DNA of 64,000 nucleotides from Candidatus Limnocylindrus sp. GTDB taxonomy: Bacteria; Chloroflexota; Limnocylindria; Limnocylindrales; Limnocylindraceae. Under the pieces are notes generated by a model, which saw only the letters and a list, made by a program, of their open reading frames with translations, was not told the origin of the DNA and did not search any database. Shown here piece after piece: positions 9,629 through 23,025 of the stretch; position 1 is the first letter of the stretch, and each line of letters starts with the position of its first letter. The translations under genes and the position numbers were made by a program. Where the stretch lies: assembly GCA_040397175.1 (NCBI GenBank), contig JBBAWM010000001.1, positions 377,976-441,975 of the forward strand, given 5' to 3'.

Positions 9629-10725
9629 GCGGTCGCGAACGACCACCTGGGGGACGCGGAGGGCAGCGCGGCGCGGGAGCACGCCCCTTCGCCCCCGGTG
9701 AGGCGCCGCTTGGCGTGCGCCCTGGCCTGGGTGGAGGGCGCCGGCGCGCTGGCGTGACGCCGATCGGTGGCTCAAGGGTTCAACGTGCGAACGATGCGCC
9801 TGGAGTGGCGTCGGAGCGGGGAGCCCGTCTCTCCCCCGGAGCTGCCGCGCGACTCCGTCGCATGGCCCTTGGAGCGCTGCTGGTCGTGGCCCTCCTCTTG
9901 CCCCCAGTGGCTGCGCGCGCCAACCTCACCACGGTTGGGCATGTTTCGGTAGTCGGTACCCTCCTGCTCGATCCCGAGGCGGTGATCGAGGCGGCACACA
10001 TTCCCATCGGGAGCAGCCTCCTCGGTGTCGATCTCCGCGCGGCAGAGACGGCGGTGGCAGCGTTGCCGCTCGTCGATGCAGTTCGCGTCAGCGCTGGGCT
10101 GCCGGATGGAATCCAAATTCGCGTGCGCGAGAAGTCGCTCTTGTTGCGATGGCAGATTGGCGATCAGGTCTACGCGGTGTCCGAAAGTGGCGAGCTCTTA
10201 GGCGATGTTGCCGCGCTTCACCTCGCTCCTTCGGCGGCCTCCGCGCTTGCGGCGGCACCCCTCCTCTTCGACGATCGCGTGCCAAGTCCACTTCAGACGG
10301 TGGGGCGGCTCACGGCGACCGAGCTTGATGTCGCAACCCGCCTCGCCTCCCTCACACCGGGGGATCTCGGCACCGGGGCGACCGCATTGACGCTCCGACT
10401 CCTCGGCGATTTTGGCTTCGTGGTGCAGGCAGCGGGACCCTCGATTGAGTGGAGCGCCGTCTTCGGGATTTACTCCGCCACCATCCGTCCGACGAGCATG
10501 ATCCCGGGCCAGGTGCGGCTGCTGCGCAGCTTGCTCGCCGGACGGGAGACGCGGATTGGTTGGGTGATCCTTGCCGACGACCAGGCTGGCACCTACACGG
10601 CGAAGGGGGTACGCCCGCCACCGCCAGCCGTGAGCCCAAGCCCGAGCCCAAGCGCTAGCCCAAGCGCGAGCCCAGCCTCCCCTGATCCAGCGTCCAGCCC
10701 ATCGACCTCCACGGTCGCTCCGTGA
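9625..10725 (+). CDS. ftsQ: Cell division protein FtsQ/DivIB
   Basis: Gly/Arg-rich N-terminus, single TM, POTRA-like segment (LPLVDAVRVSAGLPDGIQIRVRE); lies between ddl and ftsA. Confidence 0.8.
   Translation: MSGRERPPGGRGGQRGAGARPFAPGEAPLGVRPGLGGGRRRAGVTPIGGSRVQRANDAPGVASERGARLSPGAAARLRRMALGALLVVALLLPPVAARANLTTVGHVSVVGTLLLDPEAVIEAAHIPIGSSLLGVDLRAAETAVAALPLVDAVRVSAGLPDGIQIRVREKSLLLRWQIGDQVYAVSESGELLGDVAALHLAPSAASALAAAPLLFDDRVPSPLQTVGRLTATELDVATRLASLTPGDLGTGATALTLRLLGDFGFVVQAAGPSIEWSAVFGIYSATIRPTSMIPGQVRLLRSLLAGRETRIGWVILADDQAGTYTAKGVRPPPPAVSPSPSPSASPSASPASPDPASSPSTSTVAP
10633..10674 (+). repeat. Seven imperfect 6-nt tandem units AGC(C/G)CN encoding the Ser-Pro/Ser-Ala tail of FtsQ
   Basis: agccca agcccg agccca agcgct agccca agcgcg agccca. 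Confidence 0.8.
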
Positions 10726-10762
10726 TGGCGCAGGTGCGGCGTGTCGTTCGGGTGAGCAGGGG

Positions 10763-10768
10763 TATGAT
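10763..10768 (+). promoter_or_regulatory. Putative -10 box (TATGAT) upstream of ftsA
   Basis: In the ftsQ-ftsA gap; SD GGAGG at 10791-10795. Confidence 0.55.
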
Positions 10769-10805
10769 GCGCAAGATGAGCGCACAGAGTGGAGGGGGCA
10801 ACTAA

Positions 10806-12047
10806 ATGGCTGAAGAGCGCTACACGACGATTGCCGCGATCGATATCGGGACCTCGAAAGTCTCGTGCGCCATCGCGCATATCGGTGGCGAGAATGGTTC
10901 AATTAGCGTCATTGGCAAGGGAACGTACCCGAATCAAGGGATGCGCAAGGGCGTGGTCACCGACATCGAAAAGACCGGCGCCGCCATCCGCGCCGCTGTC
11001 GACGCCGCCGAGCGCCTCTCGGGTTATCACATTGAACACGCCACCATCACAATCTCTGGCAGCCATGTGCTCGGCCAGAACACGAGCGGGCAGGTCGCCG
11101 TCGCCAACCCCGATCGCGAGATTCGTGACGACGATGTGGATCGCGTGCTTGAGGTTTGCCGTGCGATTGAGGTTCCAAACTCTCGCATGCTGCTTAATGT
11201 GCTCCCGTCGTCCTACATCGTGGATGGGCAAGAGGGGATCCAGCAGCCACGCGGCATGATCGCCTACCGTCTCGAGGCGCGTGCGCATCTAATTACCGCG
11301 GGCAGTACCGCCGTGCAGAACCTCGAGAAGTGTGTGCAGGCTGCTGGCATTGCGGTCGATGACTACGTTCCGGCATCCCTCGCCGCTGCGGAGCTCACGC
11401 TGACCGAGACCGAGCGCGAACTGGGTACGGTCTTGGTCGATATTGGCGCGGAGACCTGCGACATCGCGATCTTCCACCAGAACGCTGTGGTCTATACGGC
11501 GGTCCTGCCGATCGGCGGCGCATTCATCACGCGTGACGTGGCGATTGGGCTCAAGACGAGCCTCCTTGCCGCCGAAGAGTTGAAGATGACCTATGGCACG
11601 TGTGATCCGCGCACCGCCAGTGATACGGAGCAGTACAACGTGCCCGATGAGCCAGCCGGCCGGCGCATCAGTCGACTCGAACTCGCTCGCATCATTGAGC
11701 CGCGCATGAGCGAGATCTTTGAGCTGATCGCGGGGGTGATCGCCAGCGCGGGCCCCGAGGTGACCAGCGCGGGTGTCGTCTTGACTGGCGGCGGCGCGCA
11801 GCTGGCGGGCGTCGAGGCCCTCGGCCGCGAGATCCTGAAGGCGCCAGTGCGCGTCGCATCGCCAACCGGCCCTCTCCTGGGCATCCTCGACGAGTTTCGC
11901 GGACCGGGTCAGGCAGCCGTACTCGGCCTCTTCTCGTGGGTCGCTCGAGGGCTCGACGAGGCAGGGATCGCCGAGGAGCCAGCCGCAGGCTTCGGTGGTC
12001 GCCTCTTTGGCGGGGCACGCAACCTCCTCGGCCGCATTCGGGGGTAG
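10806..12047 (+). CDS. ftsA: Cell division protein FtsA
   Basis: IDIGTSK, GMRKG, VDIGAET, VLTGGGA, C-terminal amphipathic helix. Confidence 0.96.
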   Translation: MAEERYTTIAAIDIGTSKVSCAIAHIGGENGSISVIGKGTYPNQGMRKGVVTDIEKTGAAIRAAVDAAERLSGYHIEHATITISGSHVLGQNTSGQVAVANPDREIRDDDVDRVLEVCRAIEVPNSRMLLNVLPSSYIVDGQEGIQQPRGMIAYRLEARAHLITAGSTAVQNLEKCVQAAGIAVDDYVPASLAAAELTLTETERELGTVLVDIGAETCDIAIFHQNAVVYTAVLPIGGAFITRDVAIGLKTSLLAAEELKMTYGTCDPRTASDTEQYNVPDEPAGRRISRLELARIIEPRMSEIFELIAGVIASAGPEVTSAGVVLTGGGAQLAGVEALGREILKAPVRVASPTGPLLGILDEFRGPGQAAVLGLFSWVARGLDEAGIAEEPAAGFGGRLFGGARNLLGRIRG

Positions 12048-12078
12048 CCCAACCCGCCGCGAACCGCGGGCGGGGCGC

Positions 12079-12087
12079 TGCTACACT
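12079..12087 (+). promoter_or_regulatory. Putative extended -10 (TGcTACACT) for ftsZ
   Basis: Follows a GC hairpin after the ftsA stop. Confidence 0.55.
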
Positions 12088-12167
12088 TCGCGGGATCGAC
12101 GGGAGGGCGTCGTCTAAACGGGGCTAGCCCCGGGCGGCGCAGAGTCGGGGCAACAGGTCCGGAGGGC

Positions 12168-13379
<1,212 letters not shown>

Positions 13380-13401
13380 TAGCTGGGGGTAACCCCAGGA
13401 G

Positions 13402-14106
13402 ATGCTGAGCGCCGCTGATCTCACCAGCAGCTACCGCGAACTACTTTCGCGCGTACGCGCCGCCGGCCCCGCCGAACTGATGGTCGTCACGAAGGGTGTT
13501 GCTGCGGAGCAGATCGCGGTGGTTGTAGACGCTGGCTGCACTCTCTTCGGTGAGAATCGCGTTCAGGAGTTGGAGGCAAAGCGGGCGGCCGTTGCAGCAC
13601 TGCGCCCTACGGCAAATCTCACGTGGGTCCTGATCGGCCCGCTGCAGTCGAACAAGGCGCGACGTGCGATCGAGGTTGCCGACCGCATCGCCACCGTGGG
13701 GAGTGTTGAGCTGCTTGAGCGCCTTGCCGCACTTGCCAGCGAACGCGCAAAGCCGCTGGAGATTGCCCTGCAGGTCAACGTGGACGAGGATCCGGCCAAG
13801 TCGGGCTTCACCCCAGCGGGTCTCCGCGCGGCGCTCCCCGCCATCGCGGCAATCGTCAGCGCTGCCCCGATCACCCTCGCTGGGCTCTTTACGGTGGGGA
13901 GGCTCACTGCAGGTGGGGAGGCCGCACGCCCAACCTTCGCCCAGTTCTGCGCGCTGGCGACAGAGGTCGATGTTGACGCACGGGCGCTCGGCCTTCAGCT
14001 CGGGCCACTGCGCTCCGCGGGGATGAGTGGCGACTTCGAGGTGGCGATCAGTGAGGGCTCCACCGAGGTGCGTGTGGGGAGCGCACTCTTTGGTCAGCGC
14101 GGCTAG
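13402..14106 (+). CDS. yggS: PLP homeostasis protein (YggS/PLPBP)
   Basis: VVTK, FGENRVQE, IGPLQSNK, SAGMSGDF, VRVGSALFG. Confidence 0.94.
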   Translation: MLSAADLTSSYRELLSRVRAAGPAELMVVTKGVAAEQIAVVVDAGCTLFGENRVQELEAKRAAVAALRPTANLTWVLIGPLQSNKARRAIEVADRIATVGSVELLERLAALASERAKPLEIALQVNVDEDPAKSGFTPAGLRAALPAIAAIVSAAPITLAGLFTVGRLTAGGEAARPTFAQFCALATEVDVDARALGLQLGPLRSAGMSGDFEVAISEGSTEVRVGSALFGQRG

Positions 14107-14115
14107 GCTGTAGTC

Positions 14116-14370
14116 ATGCGTACGTCAGATATCGTTGGCCTCGTGTTCCAGACCCTCTGGTGGGTGATTCTCGGACGCGTGCTGCTCTCGTGGTTTGACC
14201 CGGCCGGATCCTATCGGATCTCGCGCATCATCTACGACATGAGTGAGCCGATCCTCGCCCCAGCCCGACGCATCCTGCCCACCTTCGGCGGCGTGGACTG
14301 GTCGCCGCTCGTCACGATGCTTGCCCTGAACGTGCTTGAGGGTTTCATCTTAGGCAGCCTCAGAGGCTGA
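14116..14370 (+). CDS. yggT: YggT/YlmG family membrane protein
   Basis: RVLLSWF, SEPILAPARRILP, GGVDWSPL. Confidence 0.92.
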   Translation: MRTSDIVGLVFQTLWWVILGRVLLSWFDPAGSYRISRIIYDMSEPILAPARRILPTFGGVDWSPLVTMLALNVLEGFILGSLRG

Positions 14371-14392
14371 ACCGAGTAGAATCTGCGCCCGA

Positions 14393-14469
<77 letters not shown>

Positions 14470-14483
14470 CCTTCACGCGACCG

Positions 14484-17180
<2,697 letters not shown>

Positions 17181-17344
17181 GGGTCCTCCCCTTTGTTGTG
17201 CGTGGCCGCGGCTGCGTCACCCCGCTTGCGGCTAGGGTAGCGCGCCGCGCCTCAGCAGCGCGCCGCCGCTGCGGAGGCTACCATCGGCTCAATTGCGGGT
17301 ACGGCCCTGGCCGCCCGTCCATCGGAGAGGTGAGGGAGCAGCAC

Positions 17345-17779
17345 ATGGGAGCAACACGGCGCAGCGCAATGTCGGCTGGCGGCCTGGTCATTCGAGGTGT
17401 TGGCGGTCGCCCAGAGATCGTGATTGGTCGCCGTCGTCGAGAGCGAGACGGTTTCGTCTGGTCGCTACCAAAGGGGACCCCTGAAGATGGCGAAACTCGC
17501 GAGGAGACGGCGCTTCGCGAAGTGCGCGAAGAGACGGGCCTGGAGGTGCAAATCCTCTCCTATTTTGATGCCATTCACTACTCGTTCACCCGGGGCGGGG
17601 AGCGGATCGACAAGACGGTGCACTACTACTTAATGGAGGCGATCGGCGGATCGTTTGATCAGTGGGATCACGAATTCGACGAGGTGCGCTGGGTGCCGAT
17701 GGAGGAGGCGATCGCCCTCCTGGACTTTCAAACAGAGTGCGGCCTCGTTGAGCGCGCCTACGCCGCCCTCGCTGCATAG
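17345..17779 (+). CDS. Nudix hydrolase (Ap4A hydrolase-like)
   Basis: SAGG, WSLPKG, Nudix box GTPEDGETREETALREVREETG, KTVHYYL; the longer ORF from 16967 overlaps acnA so a later start was chosen. Confidence 0.88.
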   Translation: MGATRRSAMSAGGLVIRGVGGRPEIVIGRRRRERDGFVWSLPKGTPEDGETREETALREVREETGLEVQILSYFDAIHYSFTRGGERIDKTVHYYLMEAIGGSFDQWDHEFDEVRWVPMEEAIALLDFQTECGLVERAYAALAA

Positions 17780-17887
17780 TCGATTCGTGCGGGCGGGTCA
17801 CCCCGCCACAAAAGAGCACGGCGACCCCCTATCCTGTGGGGAGATCGGCAACCGCCGATCCATGAGAGCGTGAGAGGAGAGATGCGG

Positions 17888-19816
17888 ATGCATCCGAGCC
17901 TAAAGGTCCTTGCTGCAGCGCTCTTAACAGTAACTCTCCTCCCTGGTTGCACCATCTTCTCTGGTCGCACCCTGCGCGTCGGGATTGTGGGTGAGCCTGC
18001 CGGCCTCGAGCTCGCCTATACGGATGACGCCTCTGCCCTTGTCGGCTCCATGGTCCACGCGGGCCTCTACCGCGCTGACGCCTCCTTCGCGCCTACCCCC
18101 GTTCTAGCAGCGGGTGATGCGTCGAGTGCGGCAGGTGGTACGAAGTGGCGCGTGACACTGCGCCCTGGGCTCACCTTCCACGATGGATCGCTCCTTACCG
18201 CAGAGGACGTGAAATTCACCTACGAGCTTGCAGCCTCCACCCGCTGTCCACTGGTGAGCGACATTTGCGCCGTGGTTGGTAACCACCTGGTCTCTGTTGA
18301 GTCGGCGACAGACGGCACGCTCACCTTCACCTTGAAATCGCCGTGGGCTCCCTGGCAAACGCGTGGATTGACGATCCCGATCCTCCCAAAGGCCACCCTT
18401 ACCGCATCACTTGCCCGACTTCAGGCCAAGGTCCAATCGGCAGATCGCAACGCGGTCTCCCTGACGCGGGAGAACATTGCCGCCGATATTGACGGCGGCG
18501 GTTGCGCCGCCTCTGGCGGCACAAACTGCACCTATGCCTCACGTGTCACCGAGCTAGAACGCACCCTAGCCGATGCTGGGCTGGATCTTCCCGACCCGCG
18601 CGGCTATCCGCAGCTCAATAGTGCGGGTGAGGCAACGGGGAGCCGAGATGATGAACAGTACGCACTTGCGCTGTATGCACGGCTCACCGCACTTGAGGGG
18701 TTACTCCTCTCGCCAACTGACGGGCAGCTGGCCGCCGCATTCCCGCTTCTCGACGTGCAGAGCGCGCCAGTAGGCGCTGGACCGTATGAATTTGTCGAGC
18801 GAGTGCCAGGCACCTTCGTGCAGCTTGCCGCCTTCAAGGGATACGCCGTCGGAGTAGCGCCAATGTCGGCGATGACAATGACGGTCTTTGCGTCGACAGC
18901 CGGTGTGGTGAAATCCTTCCAGGGCGGCGGAATCGATTGGGCGCCGGACCTCCGTGCCGCAGACGTCGCCGGCCTCAACGTCAGCAGCGATGCAACGCTG
19001 TTGCACACGGCATCACTCCGCGGATACAACTACCTCGCGTTTAATACACGCGAAGGCCGACTCTTTGCCAACGGCGTTGCCCGCCGTGCCTTGGCCTCCT
19101 GCGTAGACATTCCGGCGATACTCACCGGGGCCACTGACGACACGGGGATCAAGATCTCGAGCACCGTTGCACCGACCTCGTGGGCAGCCGAGAACCCTGC
19201 TGCAGCAGAGTCGACGCGCGATGTTGTCGGTGCGCGAGCTGCACTCGTTGCCGACGGCTGGGTGGCGGGGCAGGATGGCGTCTTCGCCCGTGCCGGCGTG
19301 CGCCTTGAGGCCGACATCATCGTCCGTGAGGGCCAGGTTGCACGATCTCGCGCCGCACAATTGATCGTTGACCAGGTTGCAGAGTGCGGCATCTCACTCA
19401 CCGTTGCCGAACTCCCGTTTGTGACGGATATTGCGGCGCGGCTCCGCTATCCCAATGACTTTGACCTCTATCTCGGTGCGTGGCAGTGGAGCCTCGACCC
19501 AGATGATTCGGACATCTTTGCCTCAACTGGTTGCCCAACCGAAGAGTCGCCGGCGGGAAAGAACTTTGTCTGTTGGTCAAATGCGCGGGTGGACCAGCTA
19601 CTCGCCCAGGGGGTCTCGGCTGGAAGTGTGAGCTCTCGTGTGGGGATCTACGCCACGATTCAATCAATCCGTCGCAGTGAGCGACCGTACCTCCTCCTGT
19701 GGGGAGATCCTGGATATGCGCTCATTCGCAATAGGATCACGTGGGCTACTCGAGCCTCTGATGTGCAGAGCCCCCTATACGCGTGGTCGATCCACACGTG
19801 GGATTTGCAAAAGTAG
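17888..19816 (+). CDS. Family-5 (peptide/nickel) ABC substrate-binding lipoprotein
   Basis: Lipobox LPGC; LRPGLTFHDGSLLTAEDVKFTY, PVGAGPY, YLAFN; SD AGGAG at 17875-17879; -10-like TATCCT at 17830-17835. Confidence 0.88.
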   Translation: MHPSLKVLAAALLTVTLLPGCTIFSGRTLRVGIVGEPAGLELAYTDDASALVGSMVHAGLYRADASFAPTPVLAAGDASSAAGGTKWRVTLRPGLTFHDGSLLTAEDVKFTYELAASTRCPLVSDICAVVGNHLVSVESATDGTLTFTLKSPWAPWQTRGLTIPILPKATLTASLARLQAKVQSADRNAVSLTRENIAADIDGGGCAASGGTNCTYASRVTELERTLADAGLDLPDPRGYPQLNSAGEATGSRDDEQYALALYARLTALEGLLLSPTDGQLAAAFPLLDVQSAPVGAGPYEFVERVPGTFVQLAAFKGYAVGVAPMSAMTMTVFASTAGVVKSFQGGGIDWAPDLRAADVAGLNVSSDATLLHTASLRGYNYLAFNTREGRLFANGVARRALASCVDIPAILTGATDDTGIKISSTVAPTSWAAENPAAAESTRDVVGARAALVADGWVAGQDGVFARAGVRLEADIIVREGQVARSRAAQLIVDQVAECGISLTVAELPFVTDIAARLRYPNDFDLYLGAWQWSLDPDDSDIFASTGCPTEESPAGKNFVCWSNARVDQLLAQGVSAGSVSSRVGIYATIQSIRRSERPYLLLWGDPGYALIRNRITWATRASDVQSPLYAWSIHTWDLQK

Positions 19817-19822
19817 GGGCTG

Positions 19823-20722
19823 ATGCGACGCAGAGTGCTCGCCCTTGCACAGATTGCCCCAGCCCTTGGCGATCTTCCCCAGAACCTCGCCATCCATCAA
19901 GAGAAGATGGCGGAGGGTCGGATTGCGGGCGCCGATCTGGTGATCTTCCCTGAGCTCAGCCTCACCGGATATCAGCTACAAGACCTCACGCCAGAGGTTG
20001 CAATGCGACGCAGTGATCCTCGACTTCAGGCCCTGGCAGCGCTCACACGTGGTGGCCCGTCAGCGATCGTCTCGTTTGTGGAGTCCACAGACGACCATCG
20101 CTGCTTCGCCTCCGCCGCCCTGTTGGAGGGGGGTGAGGTTCGCCATGTGGCGCGCAAATGCTACCTGCCAACGTACGGAATCTTCGATGAGCGACGCTTC
20201 CTCGCAGCGGGCGATTCGATTCGTGCCGCGCGCGCCGTCCTGGGTAGCGCAACGGCACAAGGGGATGTCGGTTTTGGCATTGGGATCTGTGAAGATTTCT
20301 GGCATCCAACGCTGCCATCGATCCTTGCGCAGGACGGTGCCGAACTCCTCATCAACGTGGCGGCTGGGCCGGCGCGCGGTGCAAGCGTGGACGCCGATGA
20401 GGGACTTGGCTCGGCGGCATCGTGGGGCACCCTCTTGCGAGCCACCGCGGCGCTCACCACCTCCTATGTCGCATTCACCAATCGGGTTGGCGTCGACGAG
20501 TCGCTGATCTTCTGGGGCGGCTCACGTGTGATCGGCCCCGATGGCGTGGTGCTCGCTGAGGCGCCACTTTTTGAGGAGGCGCTCCTCTTGGCCGAGATCG
20601 ATCTTGATGAGGTGGCACGCGCGCGGAGCGCCCTCCCTCTCCTTCGCGATGAGCGACTTGAGCTAACGCGTCGCGAATTCGATCGCATCATCGCCACGCG
20701 CGCCGGCCTCGAGGAGGCGTAG
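19823..20722 (+). CDS. Nitrilase-superfamily amidohydrolase, probable glutaminase subunit of NAD synthetase
   Basis: E-K-C triad in FPELSLTGY, RKCYLPTYGIFDERRF, ICEDFW; adjacent to nadE. Confidence 0.88.
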   Translation: MRRRVLALAQIAPALGDLPQNLAIHQEKMAEGRIAGADLVIFPELSLTGYQLQDLTPEVAMRRSDPRLQALAALTRGGPSAIVSFVESTDDHRCFASAALLEGGEVRHVARKCYLPTYGIFDERRFLAAGDSIRAARAVLGSATAQGDVGFGIGICEDFWHPTLPSILAQDGAELLINVAAGPARGASVDADEGLGSAASWGTLLRATAALTTSYVAFTNRVGVDESLIFWGGSRVIGPDGVVLAEAPLFEEALLLAEIDLDEVARARSALPLLRDERLELTRREFDRIIATRAGLEEA

Positions 20723-20727
20723 TTCGC

Positions 20728-21594
20728 GTGGCGGAGGGCAGGGGTAGCAGCGGAACGCATGATGAGCTCGCAATCGATCCCGAGATGGTCGCGGTCATGT
20801 GCCGCTCCTTCATCACCTCGCACCTGGCGAGCACCGGCGCCGAGCGTGTAGTACTGGGCCTCTCCGGCGGCATCGACTCCGCACTGGTTGCCTACCTTAC
20901 GGCCGCCGCGATTGGGGCAGATCGCCTGGTGGTGGTGCTCATGCCAACGGCGTCGTCCACACCGAGCTCAAAGGCAGATGCAGAGGCAATCGTGAGCGAT
21001 CTCCGCTGCCAGAGCGAACTCATCTCGATTGAGGCCCCCTTGGCGGCACTCATGGCGAATCTGCCCGGCGGTGAGAGCGTGACGCCCGTACGTCGGGGAA
21101 ATATCGCAGCACGATTGCGAATGACGACGCTGTATGACCGTTCAGCCGTGCATCGTGGGGTTGTAATCGGCACGGGGAACAAGAGCGAGATCCTGATCGG
21201 CTACTCCACGATTTTCGGCGATGCCGCATCCGCATTCAACCCGATCGGCGATCTGTATAAGACGCAGGTGCGCGAACTCTCACGCCACCTCGGCGTGCCG
21301 ACGCAGATCATTGAGAAGGCGCCGAGCGCCGATCTCTGGCCCGGACAAACCGATGAGGGTGAGGGTGGATTTGACTACCCAACGCTCGATCGCGTTCTCT
21401 ATCGCATCGTTGATCGCCGCCTTCCGCTCGAGGATGTGATCGCGGAAGGCTTCGATCGCGACTTCGTCCTACGCGTCAGCGAGATGATCCGTCGATCTGA
21501 GTTCAAGCGACAGATGCCACCGATTGCGAAGGTGGGGGGTCGGAGTAGTGGGAGCGACTATCTCTACCCTCGGCGGCGCCCGAAGCTTGACTGA
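20728..21594 (+). CDS. nadE: NAD+ synthetase (synthetase subunit)
   Basis: GLSGGIDS, GNIAARLRM, GTGNKSE, PIGDLYKT, KAPSADLWPGQTDE, SEFKR. Confidence 0.95.
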   Translation: MAEGRGSSGTHDELAIDPEMVAVMCRSFITSHLASTGAERVVLGLSGGIDSALVAYLTAAAIGADRLVVVLMPTASSTPSSKADAEAIVSDLRCQSELISIEAPLAALMANLPGGESVTPVRRGNIAARLRMTTLYDRSAVHRGVVIGTGNKSEILIGYSTIFGDAASAFNPIGDLYKTQVRELSRHLGVPTQIIEKAPSADLWPGQTDEGEGGFDYPTLDRVLYRIVDRRLPLEDVIAEGFDRDFVLRVSEMIRRSEFKRQMPPIAKVGGRSSGSDYLYPRRRPKLD

Positions 21595-22498
21595 CGACCT
21601 GCGTGGCGGTGGTGCAACGCCAGGGGCGTTGCATATCGTCTCCACCCCCATCGGGAATCTTGCCGATCTCACGCCGCGTGCCGTGGCCGTACTTCGTGAA
21701 GTTGGATTGATCGTTGCCGAAGACACGCGACTCTCTCGTCCGATGCTTGCAAGCATAGGCGTGCAGGCGGAGGTGACGGCACTGCCAGGATTTGATGAGG
21801 TTGACCGGGTTGCGCCGATCATTCTTCGGCTCCAGTCAGGTGCCGCCGTTGCCCTGATCAGCGACGCTGGGACGCCGCTCATTAGCGACCCGGGAGGTAC
21901 GCTCGTTGCCGCTGCAGTTGCTGCAGGAATCCGCGTGATCCCGATTCCTGGCGCATCCGCACTCCTTGCCGCGGTGGTCGCAGCGGGTGTCACCGGTCTG
22001 CGTTGGTCATTCGAAGGATTTCTCCCCCGCAGTGGCGTTGACCGCTCAATGGTGCTCGGTGCCATTGCAGCGGATGAGCGCGGCACGGTGATCTATGAGG
22101 CGGGACCCCGTGTGGCCGCGACGCTAGACGACCTGGCGCGCGTGTGCGGTACGGAGCGAGTCGGCGCCGTCTGTCGTGAGCTGACCAAGTTGCATGAAGA
22201 GGTTCGGCGGGGCTCTCTCGGCGAACTTGCAGCTGCGATGGACGCGGGGGAGATTGATGCGCGCGGTGAGTTCGTAATTGTTGTCGGCTCGCAGGATTCT
22301 GCGAATCTTCCGAGAGCAGATGACCCAGAGGGCCCGTACGCTGCGGCACTTGAACTCGTGGGGCGTGCCGTTGCGGGCGGCGAGCCGCGCAGCGCAGCGA
22401 TTCGGCGTATCGCCACGCTGTGGGGGCTCGAGCGTCGACGCCTCTGGAACCTCGCCCATGACGACGCGGCACCAGAGAGCGTCGACAACGAGCGCTAG
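21587..22498 (+). CDS. rsmI: 16S rRNA C1402 2'-O-methyltransferase
   Basis: STPIGNLAD, AEDTR, SDAGTPLISDPG, FEGFLP, RELTKLHEE; start uncertain (TTG 21587 overlaps the nadE end). Confidence 0.92.
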   Translation: MTDDLRGGGATPGALHIVSTPIGNLADLTPRAVAVLREVGLIVAEDTRLSRPMLASIGVQAEVTALPGFDEVDRVAPIILRLQSGAAVALISDAGTPLISDPGGTLVAAAVAAGIRVIPIPGASALLAAVVAAGVTGLRWSFEGFLPRSGVDRSMVLGAIAADERGTVIYEAGPRVAATLDDLARVCGTERVGAVCRELTKLHEEVRRGSLGELAAAMDAGEIDARGEFVIVVGSQDSANLPRADDPEGPYAAALELVGRAVAGGEPRSAAIRRIATLWGLERRRLWNLAHDDAAPESVDNER

Positions 22499-22890
22499 GC
22501 GCGAACCGGAGCGATCTCCTCGCCGTATTCGGCCTCACCAAGATCGGTTGGCTCTGACCCCTGTGCGACTGGATCGCCCGACTGTGGCTTTGGTCCGAGG
22601 AACTCGAGGCGATTGACGATCACCTCGGTCATCCAGCGACGCGATCCTTCGCTCTCCCATTCGTGGGTTTTCAAGCGGCCATCGATGCTTACCAGCGAAC
22701 CGGCCTGCAGGTGCGCGGCGGCGATCTCGGCGAGCTTCTCCCAGAAGACCAGTCGGTGGAACTCGGTGCGCTCCTCCCCACCACGGAAGTCGTGGGTTGC
22801 GACGCTTCCCACAGCGACCTTGGAGCCTGAGGGGAGCGATTTCAACTCGACGGGTTTGGTGATCCTGCCGGCGAGCATGACCTTGTTCAT
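22495..22890 (-). CDS. ssb: Single-stranded DNA-binding protein (short, atypical C-terminus)
   Basis: MNKVMLAGR, TEFHRLVFW, GSLVSIDGRL, TEV; SD AGGAGG. Confidence 0.92.
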   Translation of the reverse strand: MNKVMLAGRITKPVELKSLPSGSKVAVGSVATHDFRGGEERTEFHRLVFWEKLAEIAAAHLQAGSLVSIDGRLKTHEWESEGSRRWMTEVIVNRLEFLGPKPQSGDPVAQGSEPTDLGEAEYGEEIAPVRA

Positions 22891-23025
22891 TGCGCCTCCT
22901 GATGCGGCAGCGGCCCGGATCTCGTGACCCGCAGGAGCCGAACGCCTGCTCGGAAACCCTCCCACCGTGCGAATACTGCGGGCATATCGCGCTGGTGTCG
23001 CGCTCTTCTGCGACAATCGCCCACG

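Noticed and set aside
17780-17887. Multi-hairpin leader before the binding protein, containing GGCAACC (SAM-riboswitch-like)
   Set aside because: Other S-box core elements are absent; simpler reading is a terminator-like stem, a TATCCT -10 and a 5' hairpin. An Rfam scan would settle it
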